33,872 bases of DNA. It comes from an uncultured Methanosarcinales archaeon. GTDB taxonomy: Archaea; Nanobdellota; Nanobdellia; Woesearchaeales; JACPBV01. The stretch covers positions 1 to 33,872 of the forward strand of contig CAZNZT010000011.1 of the NCBI GenBank assembly GCA_964577685.1. Reading direction: 5' to 3'. This document shows, piece after piece, positions 1 to 9,660 of the stretch. The notes below the pieces were generated by a model. The model did not search any database, was not told the DNA's origin, and saw only the letters and a list, made by a program, of their open reading frames with translations. The position numbers were made by a program, and so were the translations under genes. Positions within the stretch are counted from its first letter, which is position 1. Each line of letters opens with the position of its first letter.

Positions 1-80
1 TAAATAAAGTTTACTGTAACAAATGCAAAATTCTTACGAAAGAATTGAAAAAACAGCCTATTCTGAACATCCGCTATTGA
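1..80 (+). CDS. Possible 3' end of an upstream gene (…NKVYCNKCKILTKELKKQPILNIRY*)
   Basis: Open frame from position 3 to TGA 78-80 with a CxxC motif; truncated by the window edge. Confidence 0.3.
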   Translation, partial: NKVYCNKCKILTKELKKQPILNIRY

Positions 81-129
81 ACATCCTTAACTTGAACGGA
101 ACGGGATGGCTGCTAAAAACCACAGCCAA

Positions 130-144
130 CGAAATCTTTATAAA
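130..144 (+). promoter_or_regulatory. BRE/TATA promoter of tRNA-Ile
   Basis: CGAAA followed by TTTATAAA (137-144), about 30 nt upstream of the tRNA. Confidence 0.7.
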
Positions 145-169
145 AAACTTAAGAGTTTCTTAAAAAATC

Positions 170-245
170 GGCTCCGTAGCACAGCCTGGTCTAGTGCGCA
201 CGACTGATAATCGTGAGGTCCGGAGTTCAAATCTCCGCGGAGCCA
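170..245 (+). tRNA. tRNA-Ile(GAT)
   Basis: Acceptor stem GGCTCCG/CGGAGCC, anticodon arm CACGA-CTGATAA-TCGTG (GAT at 206-208), T-loop TTCAAAT; CCA not encoded. Confidence 0.96.
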
Positions 246-405
246 TTCACACCTGAATGATTCATTCTCATTCACCACTAAAAAAAACAAAATAAATTCG
301 TGTAAAAAAGTAATAACACTTTTTATATTTTGACTACCATAAAGTTTATATATGAGTTGTGTATTAGACAATAATAACAAACACAAAAATGAAGGAGGGA
401 TACTC

Positions 406-1506
406 ATGAAAAAAAGTGCACTTCTAGTATTGTTCTTAATAACAATAATATGTCTTTCCACAGCAGCAAATGCAGACCTCATAGATTGGATAAAAAAAAT
501 TTTTGGTATCTCAAAAGAGAAAGAAGTATATGTACCAGTTGAAGAAATAAAAATAGAAGAAGAAAACATTACGGGAGGTATAGAAGAAACTCCAGAAGTG
601 CCTCCAACACCAGAGGAAATAGTAACAGAAGAAGAACCGAAAGAAGAAGAAAAACCAAAGGAAGAAGTAGAAGTAACAAAAGAAGAAGAACCAAAACCAA
701 CTCCAAAAAAGGAGGCAAAGGTTATAATAGTAAAGGAAACGGAATTAGTTGCATTAAAAGTAAAAGCAAAAGACAAAGATAATGATAAATTAAAATTCTC
801 TTATACCACTCCCCTTGATGAGAACGGAAAGTGGCAAACAACATATGGTGATGCTGGAGAATACAGGGTAACTGTAACAGCATCAGATGGTCAGTTGAGC
901 ACATCGCAAGATGTCCTAATAATAGTAAACAAGAAGGAAGAACCACCGAAAATAGATGAAGCAACACCAAGGGATGAAAACCTAGAAGTAAATGAAAACA
1001 GAACGATAGAATTCAAAATAAAAGCATCAGACTTAAACAAAGATAACCTAACATATAAATGGCTACTAGACAAAAATGAGGTATCAAACAAGCAGTATTT
1101 TAAATACAAAATAGGTTTTGATGATGCAGGAACCCACACTCTAGAAGCAGTTGTATCTGATGGAACAAGCGAAGCAAGAAGAAAGTGGAATATAAAAGTA
1201 AACAATGTAAACAGAAAGCCAGTGATGGAAAAACTCTCGGACATAAAAGTAAAGGAAACTGAAAAGATAGTTATTGAACCAAAAGCAACTGACCCAGACA
1301 AAGACAAGATTACCTTCACAATAGATAGTGACAAATTCAAGAAAATAGATGGTAAGTTTGTATGGGAAACAACATATGAAGACGCAGGCACTTATAAAGT
1401 AAAAATAACAGCATCTGATGGCACAGATAAAGTAAGCCAAGAAATAAAGATAACAATAGAGAATGTTAACAGGGCTCCAATTATAGAGGACATAGTGCTT
1501 GTCTAA
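406..1506 (+). CDS. Secreted surface protein with Pro/Glu-rich linker and ~3 PKD/cadherin-like Ig repeats
   Basis: RBS GGAGG before ATG 406; signal peptide MKKSALLVLFLITIICLSTAANA; repeated W.T.Y.DAG.Y...ASDG and N-R-x-P linker motifs. Confidence 0.85.
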   Translation: MKKSALLVLFLITIICLSTAANADLIDWIKKIFGISKEKEVYVPVEEIKIEEENITGGIEETPEVPPTPEEIVTEEEPKEEEKPKEEVEVTKEEEPKPTPKKEAKVIIVKETELVALKVKAKDKDNDKLKFSYTTPLDENGKWQTTYGDAGEYRVTVTASDGQLSTSQDVLIIVNKKEEPPKIDEATPRDENLEVNENRTIEFKIKASDLNKDNLTYKWLLDKNEVSNKQYFKYKIGFDDAGTHTLEAVVSDGTSEARRKWNIKVNNVNRKPVMEKLSDIKVKETEKIVIEPKATDPDKDKITFTIDSDKFKKIDGKFVWETTYEDAGTYKVKITASDGTDKVSQEIKITIENVNRAPIIEDIVLV

Positions 1507-1550
1507 TCTTTTTAATTTATTTTTTTCTTTTTGTGGGGGGGTAAAAAAAC

Positions 1551-3470
1551 ATGAAAAGAGGACTCTTAATAGTATGGCTAGTTTTATTAGTGTTACTACT
1601 TAACAGCCTATCAGATGCTACCAAAATAATAACAGTAAAAGAAACAGATTTTGTAAACCTAAAACCAAAAGTAAGAGATGAGGACTCTGACAAAATATCC
1701 TTCTTCTTTACAAAGCCATTAAACAAAAGTGGTCAATGGCAGACCAGCTATGGAGACGCAGGAGAATACAATATAACACTTACTGTATCAGACGGCAAAA
1801 CAACAACTACTGAGAGTATAAAGCTTATAGTCAAAAAGAAGAATGTTCCACCAGAGATAGTTTCATTTTCTCCACAAGACTTAGAATTAATAATAGATGA
1901 AAGTAATCAAATAGAGTTTTTGGTAGAGGCAGTAGATATCAACAAAGACAAGATAATATATGAATGGGAACTAAACAACATAAAAGTTGAACAAGGAGAA
2001 AGCTATACATACAAGGCAGACTACGGAGATGCTGGAATACACACAATAAAAGCTATCGTAAGTGATGGGGAAGCAAAAACAACAAAGGAATGGAAAATAA
2101 GAGTAAATAAGGTGGATAGAGAGACTCTTTTAAGAGATATCCAAGATATAGAAGTAAATGAAACAGATGTTGTAAGATTAAAACTACCTGATTTTGAAAA
2201 GTACAATCTAAGTTATACTATATCAGAACCAATAGGAAATGATAACTACTGGAAAACAACCTACAACGATGCAGGAACATATGAAGTAACTATAACAATA
2301 AGTGATAGAAATTTTAAGGCCTCTAAAAAAATAATGATAAAAGTCAATGATGTTGATAGGCCACCAAAACTAAAGCCAATAGCAAATATCAAAATAAGAG
2401 AAAATCAAAAAATAACTATAAACCTAGAAGCCTACGACCCAGACAATGATGAAATAACATATATAGCCGAAAACCTACCGGAAGGAGCTACACTAGAAGG
2501 GAATAAATTTGAATGGCAAACGAACTATGATACAGTAAAAAAGGAGAATATAATAGATGAAATAACTGACAAATTCCATCTACTCTCTAAAAGGTTTAAG
2601 ATAACATTCATAGCAAAAGCCAAAGGACTTGAATCAAAGCAAACGGTTTCAATTAAGGTAAAAAATGTAAATAGGGCTCCAATCATAAGGGATATCCAAC
2701 CAATAAAGGTAAAAGAAGGAGAAACCATAAAGATTAAACCGAATGTAACAGATCCAGATGGTGATAAAGTGATAGTATCTTACCTAGGATGGATGAAAAC
2801 AGACACATACAAAACAACCTATGAAGATGCTGGAAAGCACATAGTAATAGTAAAAGCCTCTGACGGATTTTTAGAAACACGCAAAAGAGTAGAAATAACA
2901 GTAGAAGAAACAAATAGACCACCAGAAATACAAGATATAAAACCAATAGAAATAAAGGAGAAAGAAAAACTAGAAATCCCAATAGTAACCCATGATCCAG
3001 AAAATGACTTAGTAAATCTAACAGCAACCAACCCGCCAGACGGCTCAAGGATAGAAGATAACAAGTTTATATGGACTCCGGATTACAATGTGGTAAAAGA
3101 AGACCATAAGACATTTGAAATAGAACTTATAGCATCTGACGGAAAAGCTGAATCAAGAAAAAAATTAAATATTACTGTATATAATGTAAATAGAGCACCA
3201 AGGATAATATCAAAACAGCCACCTACAGACTTTATAACATATAAAGGACATCTTACGAAGCTTTCTATAGAAGCAGAAGACCCAGATAATGATAGCCTAA
3301 CCTACACATGGAAATTTGGAATGTTTGAAAAATATGAGAATACAACACCAGCGATTATCAGAAGATTTACAATACCTGGGATGAAGAAGATTACTGTAAT
3401 AGTGTCTGATGGCAAAGAATCAACTAAGGAAGAGTGGAAGGCAAAGGTCATTGAAAAACCAATAAAATAG
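1551..3470 (+). CDS. Secreted surface protein with ~6-7 PKD/cadherin-like Ig repeats (paralogue of 406..1506)
   Basis: Signal peptide; repeated WQTSYGDAGEY, WKTTYNDAGTY, DPDxD, SDG and NRAP/NRPP motifs. Confidence 0.88.
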   Translation: MKRGLLIVWLVLLVLLLNSLSDATKIITVKETDFVNLKPKVRDEDSDKISFFFTKPLNKSGQWQTSYGDAGEYNITLTVSDGKTTTTESIKLIVKKKNVPPEIVSFSPQDLELIIDESNQIEFLVEAVDINKDKIIYEWELNNIKVEQGESYTYKADYGDAGIHTIKAIVSDGEAKTTKEWKIRVNKVDRETLLRDIQDIEVNETDVVRLKLPDFEKYNLSYTISEPIGNDNYWKTTYNDAGTYEVTITISDRNFKASKKIMIKVNDVDRPPKLKPIANIKIRENQKITINLEAYDPDNDEITYIAENLPEGATLEGNKFEWQTNYDTVKKENIIDEITDKFHLLSKRFKITFIAKAKGLESKQTVSIKVKNVNRAPIIRDIQPIKVKEGETIKIKPNVTDPDGDKVIVSYLGWMKTDTYKTTYEDAGKHIVIVKASDGFLETRKRVEITVEETNRPPEIQDIKPIEIKEKEKLEIPIVTHDPENDLVNLTATNPPDGSRIEDNKFIWTPDYNVVKEDHKTFEIELIASDGKAESRKKLNITVYNVNRAPRIISKQPPTDFITYKGHLTKLSIEAEDPDNDSLTYTWKFGMFEKYENTTPAIIRRFTIPGMKKITVIVSDGKESTKEEWKAKVIEKPIK

Positions 3471-3531
3471 ATTATCTGTTCTGAATAGACACAAGTTAAT
3501 TTTAAATATTAACCTATTTTCTTAATAAATA

Positions 3532-5076
3532 ATGAAAATAAAGATTGAAGAAATCTCGGACAATCCTGTCATAAATCTTGTGACTGATACAATAAAGAAA
3601 AAAAAGCAGGCAATAGTGTTCACAAACACAAAGCGTTCGGCAGAGAAAACAGCAGAAGACATAAGCAAAACGATAAAAACAAAAGACAAAAAACTAATAG
3701 AACTGTCAGGAAAAGTACTAGAGGTCTTATCAAAACCAACAAAACAATGTGAGAGACTAGCAAGGTGTATTAAAAAGGGCATAGCATTCCATCATGCTGG
3801 ATTAACAGAAAAACAAAAAGAATTAATTGAAGAGAATTTTAGAAAAGGAATAATAAAGATAATCTGTGCCACCCCAACGCTTGCTTATGGCGTGGACTTA
3901 CCAGCTTTTAGGGTTATTATAAGAGATTTAAGAAGATATAGCCAAAGGGGTTTGGCCTACATACCTGTTCTTGAGTATCTCCAGTTCTCAGGTAGAGCAG
4001 GCAGACCCAAGTTTGACAACGAAGGACAATCAATAATAATAACAGCCTCAAAAGCAGAAAAAAAGAAATTAAAAGAAAAATACATCTATGGAAAACCAGA
4101 AGATATCTACTCCAAGTTATCAGTAGAGCCTGTACTAAGGACATATGTCCTTAGCCTCATCTCATCAGATTTTGTAAATACAAGGGAAGAAATATTTTCT
4201 TTTTTCTCAAAAACATTTTATGCAAATCAATTTTCAGATGAATATGAATTAAAAGCGAAAATAGAAAAGATGTTACACTTACTAGAAAAGTGGGAATTCG
4301 TAAAAAGTTCTAAAAAAGAATTTATTTCTGCAGATAAAATTGAAGAAGAAACATATAAAGCAACACAATTAGGAAAAAGAGTATCAGAACTCTATATAGA
4401 CCCACTAACAGCACACAACTTTATCGAAGCTCTAAAAAAAGCATCAAAAAAGAAAATAGTAGCCTTCTCACTCTTACAAACAATATCAAGCACACTTGAG
4501 ATACGCCCTTTACTGAGAGTCAAAATCAAGGAATATGACAAGATTGAAGAAGCTATAGCAAGATATGGCTCATACTTTCTTGGAAGAGAGCCATCAATAT
4601 ATGACCCTGAATATGAAGATTTCCTTAGGTCAATAAAAACAACTCTGTTCTTCCAAGATTGGATAAATGAAAAAGATGAAGAATATTTGCTTGAGAACTA
4701 TGACATAAGACCAGGCGAAATAAGAGCCAAGATAGAGATAGCAGACTGGTTGTTATATGCTATGGAAGAGATTTGTAGGATAATAAAGTTACAAAGCATA
4801 ATAAAAGACATAATAAAACTAAGAATAAGAGTAAAAAATGGAATAAGAGAAGAACTCATACCACTAATAAAGCTAAAGAATATAGGAAGAGCAAGAGCAA
4901 GAAAATTGTATTTCAATGAGATAAAGACAATAGGAGATGTCATAAAAGTGGACCTATCAAAACTAACCCAAATTCTTGGAAAGAAAACAGCAATTGAAAT
5001 AAAAAAACAAGTCGGACAAAACTTTGAAACCGAAAAAACAAAAGAAAAAAAACAGACTGGTCTTTATGAATTCTAA
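3532..5076 (+). CDS. hel308: Hel308/Ski2-like helicase, N-terminally truncated (RecA2, winged-helix, ratchet and HhH parts only)
   Basis: Motifs IVFTNTKR, AFHHAGL, ATPTLAYGVDLPA, QFSGRAGRP, ELYIDP and IGRARARKLY are present; Walker A and DExH are absent. Confidence 0.85.
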   Translation: MKIKIEEISDNPVINLVTDTIKKKKQAIVFTNTKRSAEKTAEDISKTIKTKDKKLIELSGKVLEVLSKPTKQCERLARCIKKGIAFHHAGLTEKQKELIEENFRKGIIKIICATPTLAYGVDLPAFRVIIRDLRRYSQRGLAYIPVLEYLQFSGRAGRPKFDNEGQSIIITASKAEKKKLKEKYIYGKPEDIYSKLSVEPVLRTYVLSLISSDFVNTREEIFSFFSKTFYANQFSDEYELKAKIEKMLHLLEKWEFVKSSKKEFISADKIEEETYKATQLGKRVSELYIDPLTAHNFIEALKKASKKKIVAFSLLQTISSTLEIRPLLRVKIKEYDKIEEAIARYGSYFLGREPSIYDPEYEDFLRSIKTTLFFQDWINEKDEEYLLENYDIRPGEIRAKIEIADWLLYAMEEICRIIKLQSIIKDIIKLRIRVKNGIREELIPLIKLKNIGRARARKLYFNEIKTIGDVIKVDLSKLTQILGKKTAIEIKKQVGQNFETEKTKEKKQTGLYEF

Positions 5077-5096
5077 CTCTTTCCAGTTGCTTGCTC

Positions 5097-5208
5097 AGGA
5101 TTGATAAGGCTTCCTGATATGTTGTCACGAGAACCACAAAGAAGACCCATTTCATGCCTAAGATATAGACACACAAAAACCTTTCTCCGAAAAATTGCTA
5201 CCAATCCT
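5097..5208 (-). ncRNA. Candidate structured ncRNA (~112 nt)
   Basis: Terminal stem AGGAUUGGUA/UAUCAAUCCU (G-U pair only on the minus strand) encloses two hand-folded arms; TATA-like sequence 25-29 nt upstream on the minus strand. Confidence 0.3.
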
Positions 5209-5271
5209 AGACGGATAACACTAATTTTATAAATAAAGAACCCCCACAGCAATAAAAGAACTCAACAAAAA

Positions 5272-5760
5272 ATGCAGGACGCAAAACTTATTATTGCAAT
5301 AATGTACAATAAAGAAGGAGTTTATAAAAAATGTAAGAAGTGCCTAACTAAAGAATTTGGAGAAATAGAAAAAGAGAGTAATGAATATGACTTTGACAGA
5401 TTCACGAACTACTATGAAAGAGAAATGGGCAAAGACCTTGTAAAGAGATTTATCTCTTTCAAAGAAAGAATAAACAAAAACAAACTTGCAGAAATCAAAC
5501 TAAAAACAGCAGAAATTGAAAAAAAATTCTTAAGTGGAAATAAAAGAATGATAAATCTAGATCCAGGTTATTTAACGGATAAAGAATTAGTACTAGCTTC
5601 TTTCAAAAGAGGCACAAATTACAAACAATCAATTGGGGAGGGCGTATATGCTCATAAAGTGCTAGGATTCAAAGGAAAAGAAACAATAACATTCTGGCAT
5701 ACATTCCCAGACTACAAGGTAAAAGAAAACCAAAGGTGGTTCCTTGACCTAATCTCTTGA
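5272..5760 (+). CDS. DUF4416 family protein
   Basis: Motifs TNYYEREMG, RMINLDPGYL, LVLAS and HTFPDY resemble the DUF4416 pattern. Confidence 0.8.
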   Translation: MQDAKLIIAIMYNKEGVYKKCKKCLTKEFGEIEKESNEYDFDRFTNYYEREMGKDLVKRFISFKERINKNKLAEIKLKTAEIEKKFLSGNKRMINLDPGYLTDKELVLASFKRGTNYKQSIGEGVYAHKVLGFKGKETITFWHTFPDYKVKENQRWFLDLIS

Positions 5761-6780
5761 ACCATCATAGCTCATATTTCTCCTATAATAACCATCCAAA
5801 AGAGGGCAATAAATAAGAACACATTTTTCAGGTTCAACTAAGAATGGGTTATTAAGCCTCAGCCCTTCCTTCTTACTATTACTTTTGGCGAAAGCCATAG
5901 TTATACTTGTTTGTTCCAGCAGGTCTTCTATACTACCTACTCCAGAACTATCGGACACCCCAGCAACAAATCTAACTGGGTCAAGGCTCAAATTAGGGTA
6001 ACTACTACTTAGATACTTTAAAACTCTCTCGTTCACCTCATCTGAGATAGTACCATAAGCCCTAAGCAAGATATTATAAGCATCCTGCTTCAAACAGCCA
6101 TCAAAAACAACAGCAAACTCATCCCCTCCAATCCTAAAAACTCTATCATTATCCCTAAGATTCTTCCTTAAAGAATCCGCAAATGCCCTCAGATACTCAT
6201 TTCCTACTTCCTCCCCAAAAGAATCATTAATTCTCTTAAGACCCCTAAGGTCTATATAGGCAAGACTAAAACCATGTTGTGGCTTTCTTTCCTTGTAGTC
6301 ACTTTTCTTCATCCCATCTCTAGTCCTCTTAAATCTTTCACTAAGATAATCCCTAAAAGCACCAAGATTCCCTAACCCAGTTAGAAAATCAGAATAAAAG
6401 CTATCTCTAAGTCTCTGGGCTTTAATCTCAAGAGATACTCTTTCCATTTCTCCTTTTACTTCTTCCAAGAAAGACTGAGAAGCAAGCAACCTTAACCTAG
6501 AGCTAATTAAATGAGACCATGAAGCAGCAAGTGCATCATCAGGCGGTGCTTTTCCAATATCACTCAAATCATAAGTGGGCTGGTCTAACAGATGTGTTGA
6601 ATCAAGCATATCTAAGAATCTCCTTCTTGCACCACTAGAATCTAAATGCACTCCGGACCTGAGTGCCTCAACCTCAATTCCATTTGCTTCAATAACATTT
6701 CTCTGTGAAGCAGCCCAGTTTGAGAGAGTATTAGCTACCCTCGCTCTAACCAAAGTATCAACACTAAGAGCCATTTTCAT
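5749..6780 (-). CDS. GGDEF-domain protein (diguanylate cyclase-like)
   Basis: DFLTGLGN, IDLRGLKRINDSFG, RxxD I-site (RDND) and RIGGDEF; start at ATG 6780 or 6774, with TTTAAATA about 30 nt upstream. Confidence 0.9.
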   Translation of the reverse strand: MKMALSVDTLVRARVANTLSNWAASQRNVIEANGIEVEALRSGVHLDSSGARRRFLDMLDSTHLLDQPTYDLSDIGKAPPDDALAASWSHLISSRLRLLASQSFLEEVKGEMERVSLEIKAQRLRDSFYSDFLTGLGNLGAFRDYLSERFKRTRDGMKKSDYKERKPQHGFSLAYIDLRGLKRINDSFGEEVGNEYLRAFADSLRKNLRDNDRVFRIGGDEFAVVFDGCLKQDAYNILLRAYGTISDEVNERVLKYLSSSYPNLSLDPVRFVAGVSDSSGVGSIEDLLEQTSITMAFAKSNSKKEGLRLNNPFLVEPEKCVLIYCPLLDGYYRRNMSYDGSRD

Positions 6781-6898
6781 AAGAAAAAAACACAACTATT
6801 ATTTAAATCTTTTGATTTTGTTACCACTTATAAGAAACAAATAAAAAGGAAAGATTCTAAAAAGATATTTAAAGCCAAAACCCCCTAAGAGTATGAAT

Positions 6899-6984
6899 GC
6901 CCCTATAGTCGAGTGGATTAAGACGCGGGATTGCGGACCAAAAGCAAAAATCCCGTAGCCCGGGTTCAAACCCCGGTAGGGGCA
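6899..6984 (+). tRNA. tRNA-Arg(GCG) with 13-nt intron (6937-6949) at canonical position 37/38
   Basis: Acceptor GCCCCTA/TAGGGGC, anticodon stem CGGGA/TCCCG; TTGC pairs with intron GCAA as a relaxed BHB central helix. Confidence 0.9.
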
Positions 6985-7013
6985 TAGAAATTTTCTTAAA
7001 CAAGACAGATAAA

Positions 7014-8768
7014 TTACTTCTTTCTCTGTGCATAATAAAAATCCTCAACCATCTGGAGTGTACTACACTCTGATGGATCCCTATCTAACCTTAGATTTAC
7101 TACCCTTGGAAACCTAAGAGCATATCCACTAGAGTATGTCGGGCTTTTTTGAATCTCTTCATAGGTAACCTCTACGACAACCCTTGGTTTTACTCTAACC
7201 TCTCTTCCTTTCTCACTAATTATCAATGGCTTTAATTCTTCTGTCAGCTGTTTAAAAGAAACACCTTCCTCAGACTTCTCCTTTATCCCTGTACCTACCT
7301 TGCCAACCTCTAAAAAATTACCATCTTCATCAATACATGCCAATGTAAAGCTGCTTAACCAGTTAGCCCTCTTACCCTCACCCCACTCCGCCCCGACAAT
7401 CACCAAATCAAGGGTTTCAAGGGTTGGCTTTAGCTTGACCATATGCCCAACCCTTGCACCAGGCTTATATGGAGAATCCAATTTCTTAAACATAATACCC
7501 TCATTACCAGCGTCCAAACTTTCTTTATAAAACTTCTCGGCTTCTTCCTCCTTACTTGTTATAAGATTCCTAACAACAACTATCTGTCTAGGCTTATTAT
7601 GGACTATTCTTTCAAGGAGTGCTCTTCTTTTCTTGAACGGCTCTGCAATCAGGTTTTTACCATTATAATAAATAATATCAAAAACATTTAACTCAACAGG
7701 AAAATCCCTAGCCATTTTTTCAATATTATACTTCCTCTTAATCCTCTGAGAAATATTTTGAAAAGGCAAATACTTACCAGTCTTATGACTATATCCAACT
7801 GCCTCGCTATCAAGAATAAAGCTATCGCCATCAACATATTTTCTTATATAGCCTACAACATCTGGAAATTGCTTAGTAACATTCTCCAAACGCCTAGTAA
7901 ACAACATTATTTTTTCTCCTTTCTTATGCACCTGTATCCTAAAACCATCAAGCTTATACTCAACATCCACAGGCCTACCACATCTCTCAAACCCCTCACT
8001 AACATCCTTAACCTTCAGAGCAAGCATTACCTTCAAAGGCCTAAAAACATTCATCTCTATTTTTCGCAATTCCTTTAAACCCTTTTTTGCAGCTTCAGCC
8101 ACAACAGAAAAATCATTTGTTAAGTCAATAGCATTCTGAACAATATCTATATACCTATTATATTCACCTCTATCATCAATATTGATAAGATTGTCCCTCT
8201 CAGAATAACTAAGATTAATTTTATCAGAAAAAAATGCCCAAACAATTGCATCTCTCAAAGCACCCTCACCAACACCGACCCTAAGTTCTTCCAATATAGT
8301 CCTAATAATATACCTCGCTTCTATGGGTCTAGAAGATGTAAGCAACTCAGCAATCAAACCTACTTTCTTATCAACAGTTCCAGCACCCTCTAATTCAGAA
8401 AGCCTTCTTAAATTCTGAAAGACCTTTTTAACGCTAAGTTGCTTTGAAAATAAGGTTATTTGCTTTTTTTCTTTAACAAAAGACTCTGCCACTATTCCAA
8501 GGTCTCCTGTTTTTTTCCATTCTTCTTCAATCTTATGAGCATCAATACCAGTAGCTTTATTTATGGCCTTTAATACAAGCCTAGAAGCAACTCCAATCTT
8601 TCTTTCATCCCAGCTAGGAAAAACCTTCCCCTGCAATAACAATACTACACTACTAATATCATCCACTGGAGTTTTCTTTAAGAATTCTGATATTATATAT
8701 GTCTTAGTTAATCGCTTAGTAGTCCCCTCCAACTTCCTATAAACATCAACTAAAGCCATGTACTCCAT
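7014..8768 (-). CDS. lig: ATP-dependent DNA ligase
   Basis: Motif I EYKLDGFR, plus LDSE, FDIIY, EGIMFK, KLKP and ALRFPR. Confidence 0.96.
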   Translation of the reverse strand: MEYMALVDVYRKLEGTTKRLTKTYIISEFLKKTPVDDISSVVLLLQGKVFPSWDERKIGVASRLVLKAINKATGIDAHKIEEEWKKTGDLGIVAESFVKEKKQITLFSKQLSVKKVFQNLRRLSELEGAGTVDKKVGLIAELLTSSRPIEARYIIRTILEELRVGVGEGALRDAIVWAFFSDKINLSYSERDNLINIDDRGEYNRYIDIVQNAIDLTNDFSVVAEAAKKGLKELRKIEMNVFRPLKVMLALKVKDVSEGFERCGRPVDVEYKLDGFRIQVHKKGEKIMLFTRRLENVTKQFPDVVGYIRKYVDGDSFILDSEAVGYSHKTGKYLPFQNISQRIKRKYNIEKMARDFPVELNVFDIIYYNGKNLIAEPFKKRRALLERIVHNKPRQIVVVRNLITSKEEEAEKFYKESLDAGNEGIMFKKLDSPYKPGARVGHMVKLKPTLETLDLVIVGAEWGEGKRANWLSSFTLACIDEDGNFLEVGKVGTGIKEKSEEGVSFKQLTEELKPLIISEKGREVRVKPRVVVEVTYEEIQKSPTYSSGYALRFPRVVNLRLDRDPSECSTLQMVEDFYYAQRKK

Positions 8769-8820
8769 ATTATATCAAAAAGATTAAATATAAGTTCTAA
8801 TATAAAAGATTTATTAAAAA

Positions 8821-9456
8821 ATGGAAACCCTTGAGTGTATAAAAACAAGGCGTTCTGTAAGAAAATACCTAGATAAGCCAGTTGAATGGGACAAGATAAC
8901 AAAAATACTTGATGCTGGAAGGCTAGCTCCTTCCGCAGGAAATCTACAAAATTGGAAATTTATCGTAACAAGAAAAGATAATATAAAAACTAAACTAGCA
9001 GAAGCATCCTTCCAACAAAAATGGATGGAAGAGGCAGATGTCCATATAACAATAGTTGCAGAGCCTGAAAAAGCATCACAATTCTATGGGACAAGAGGGG
9101 AAAGACTTTACACAATACAAAACTGTGCTGCTGCAATACAAAACATGTTGCTAGCTGCTAATGACCAAGGGCTAGGCTCATGCTGGGTTGGTGCATTTGA
9201 TGAAGACCTTGTAAGAAGGGCATTGAAACTCCCAGAACATGTATCTCCCCAGGCGATAATAACGATTGGCTATGCTGATGAGAAAGCAGAGATGCCCATA
9301 AAGAAAAGAATAGAACATGTAGTTTACATAGACAAATGGTGGGGCAGAGGTATAACAGAAAGAACAAGAGGGTATACAAGCGATATGATAAAAGAAACAA
9401 TAAAAAACACAAAAAAAGCCCTCGGAAGGGTCAAAAAAAGACTTCTAAAATATTAA
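8821..9456 (+). CDS. Nitroreductase family protein
   Basis: RRSVRKY, APSAGNLQNWKF, QNMLLAA and GLGSCW motifs. Confidence 0.93.
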   Translation: METLECIKTRRSVRKYLDKPVEWDKITKILDAGRLAPSAGNLQNWKFIVTRKDNIKTKLAEASFQQKWMEEADVHITIVAEPEKASQFYGTRGERLYTIQNCAAAIQNMLLAANDQGLGSCWVGAFDEDLVRRALKLPEHVSPQAIITIGYADEKAEMPIKKRIEHVVYIDKWWGRGITERTRGYTSDMIKETIKNTKKALGRVKKRLLKY

Positions 9457-9524
9457 AAATTGATTTTTACTACCATATAATCCTAAGAAAAACTTAAATA
9501 TTAGCTATACTCTAATATTAGCCA

Positions 9525-9660
9525 TTGGCGATAATTAAAGAATAAGTTTAATGAGTTTTTGGCGAAACTCAATAATTGGCGAATTTTTGGCGTTTGGCGA
9601 AAAAATTCTTTGTTAGTTGGCTGAATACAATTTAATTGCTTATTGGCGAAAGCAATTAAA
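9525..9660 (+). repeat. Array of TTGGCGA direct repeats, several in hairpin loops
   Basis: Exact copies at 9525, 9559, 9576, 9594 and 9643; variants at 9587 and 9617; hairpins at 9552-9571, 9581-9608 and 9631-9660. Confidence 0.8.

Noticed and set aside
64..127. TGAACATCC repeated twice and a GGCTG/CAGCC hairpin before the tRNA-Ile promoter
   Set aside because: Too short and at the window edge; cannot be distinguished from chance or a terminator.
138..776. 212-aa minus-strand ORF and the many other antisense ORFs in the track (Ser/Phe/Leu-rich)
   Set aside because: They are shadows of A-rich plus-strand genes, and this one also overlaps tRNA-Ile; no recognisable motifs.
5097..5208. 5S rRNA call
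   Set aside because: Conserved loop C (CCGAAC) and loop E motifs are not found; kept only as an unknown ncRNA candidate.
9525..9660. TTGGCGA array as a CRISPR array or canonical ORB origin
   Set aside because: The repeat is only 7 bp with irregular short spacing. There is no ORB consensus and no adjacent cdc6/orc1.
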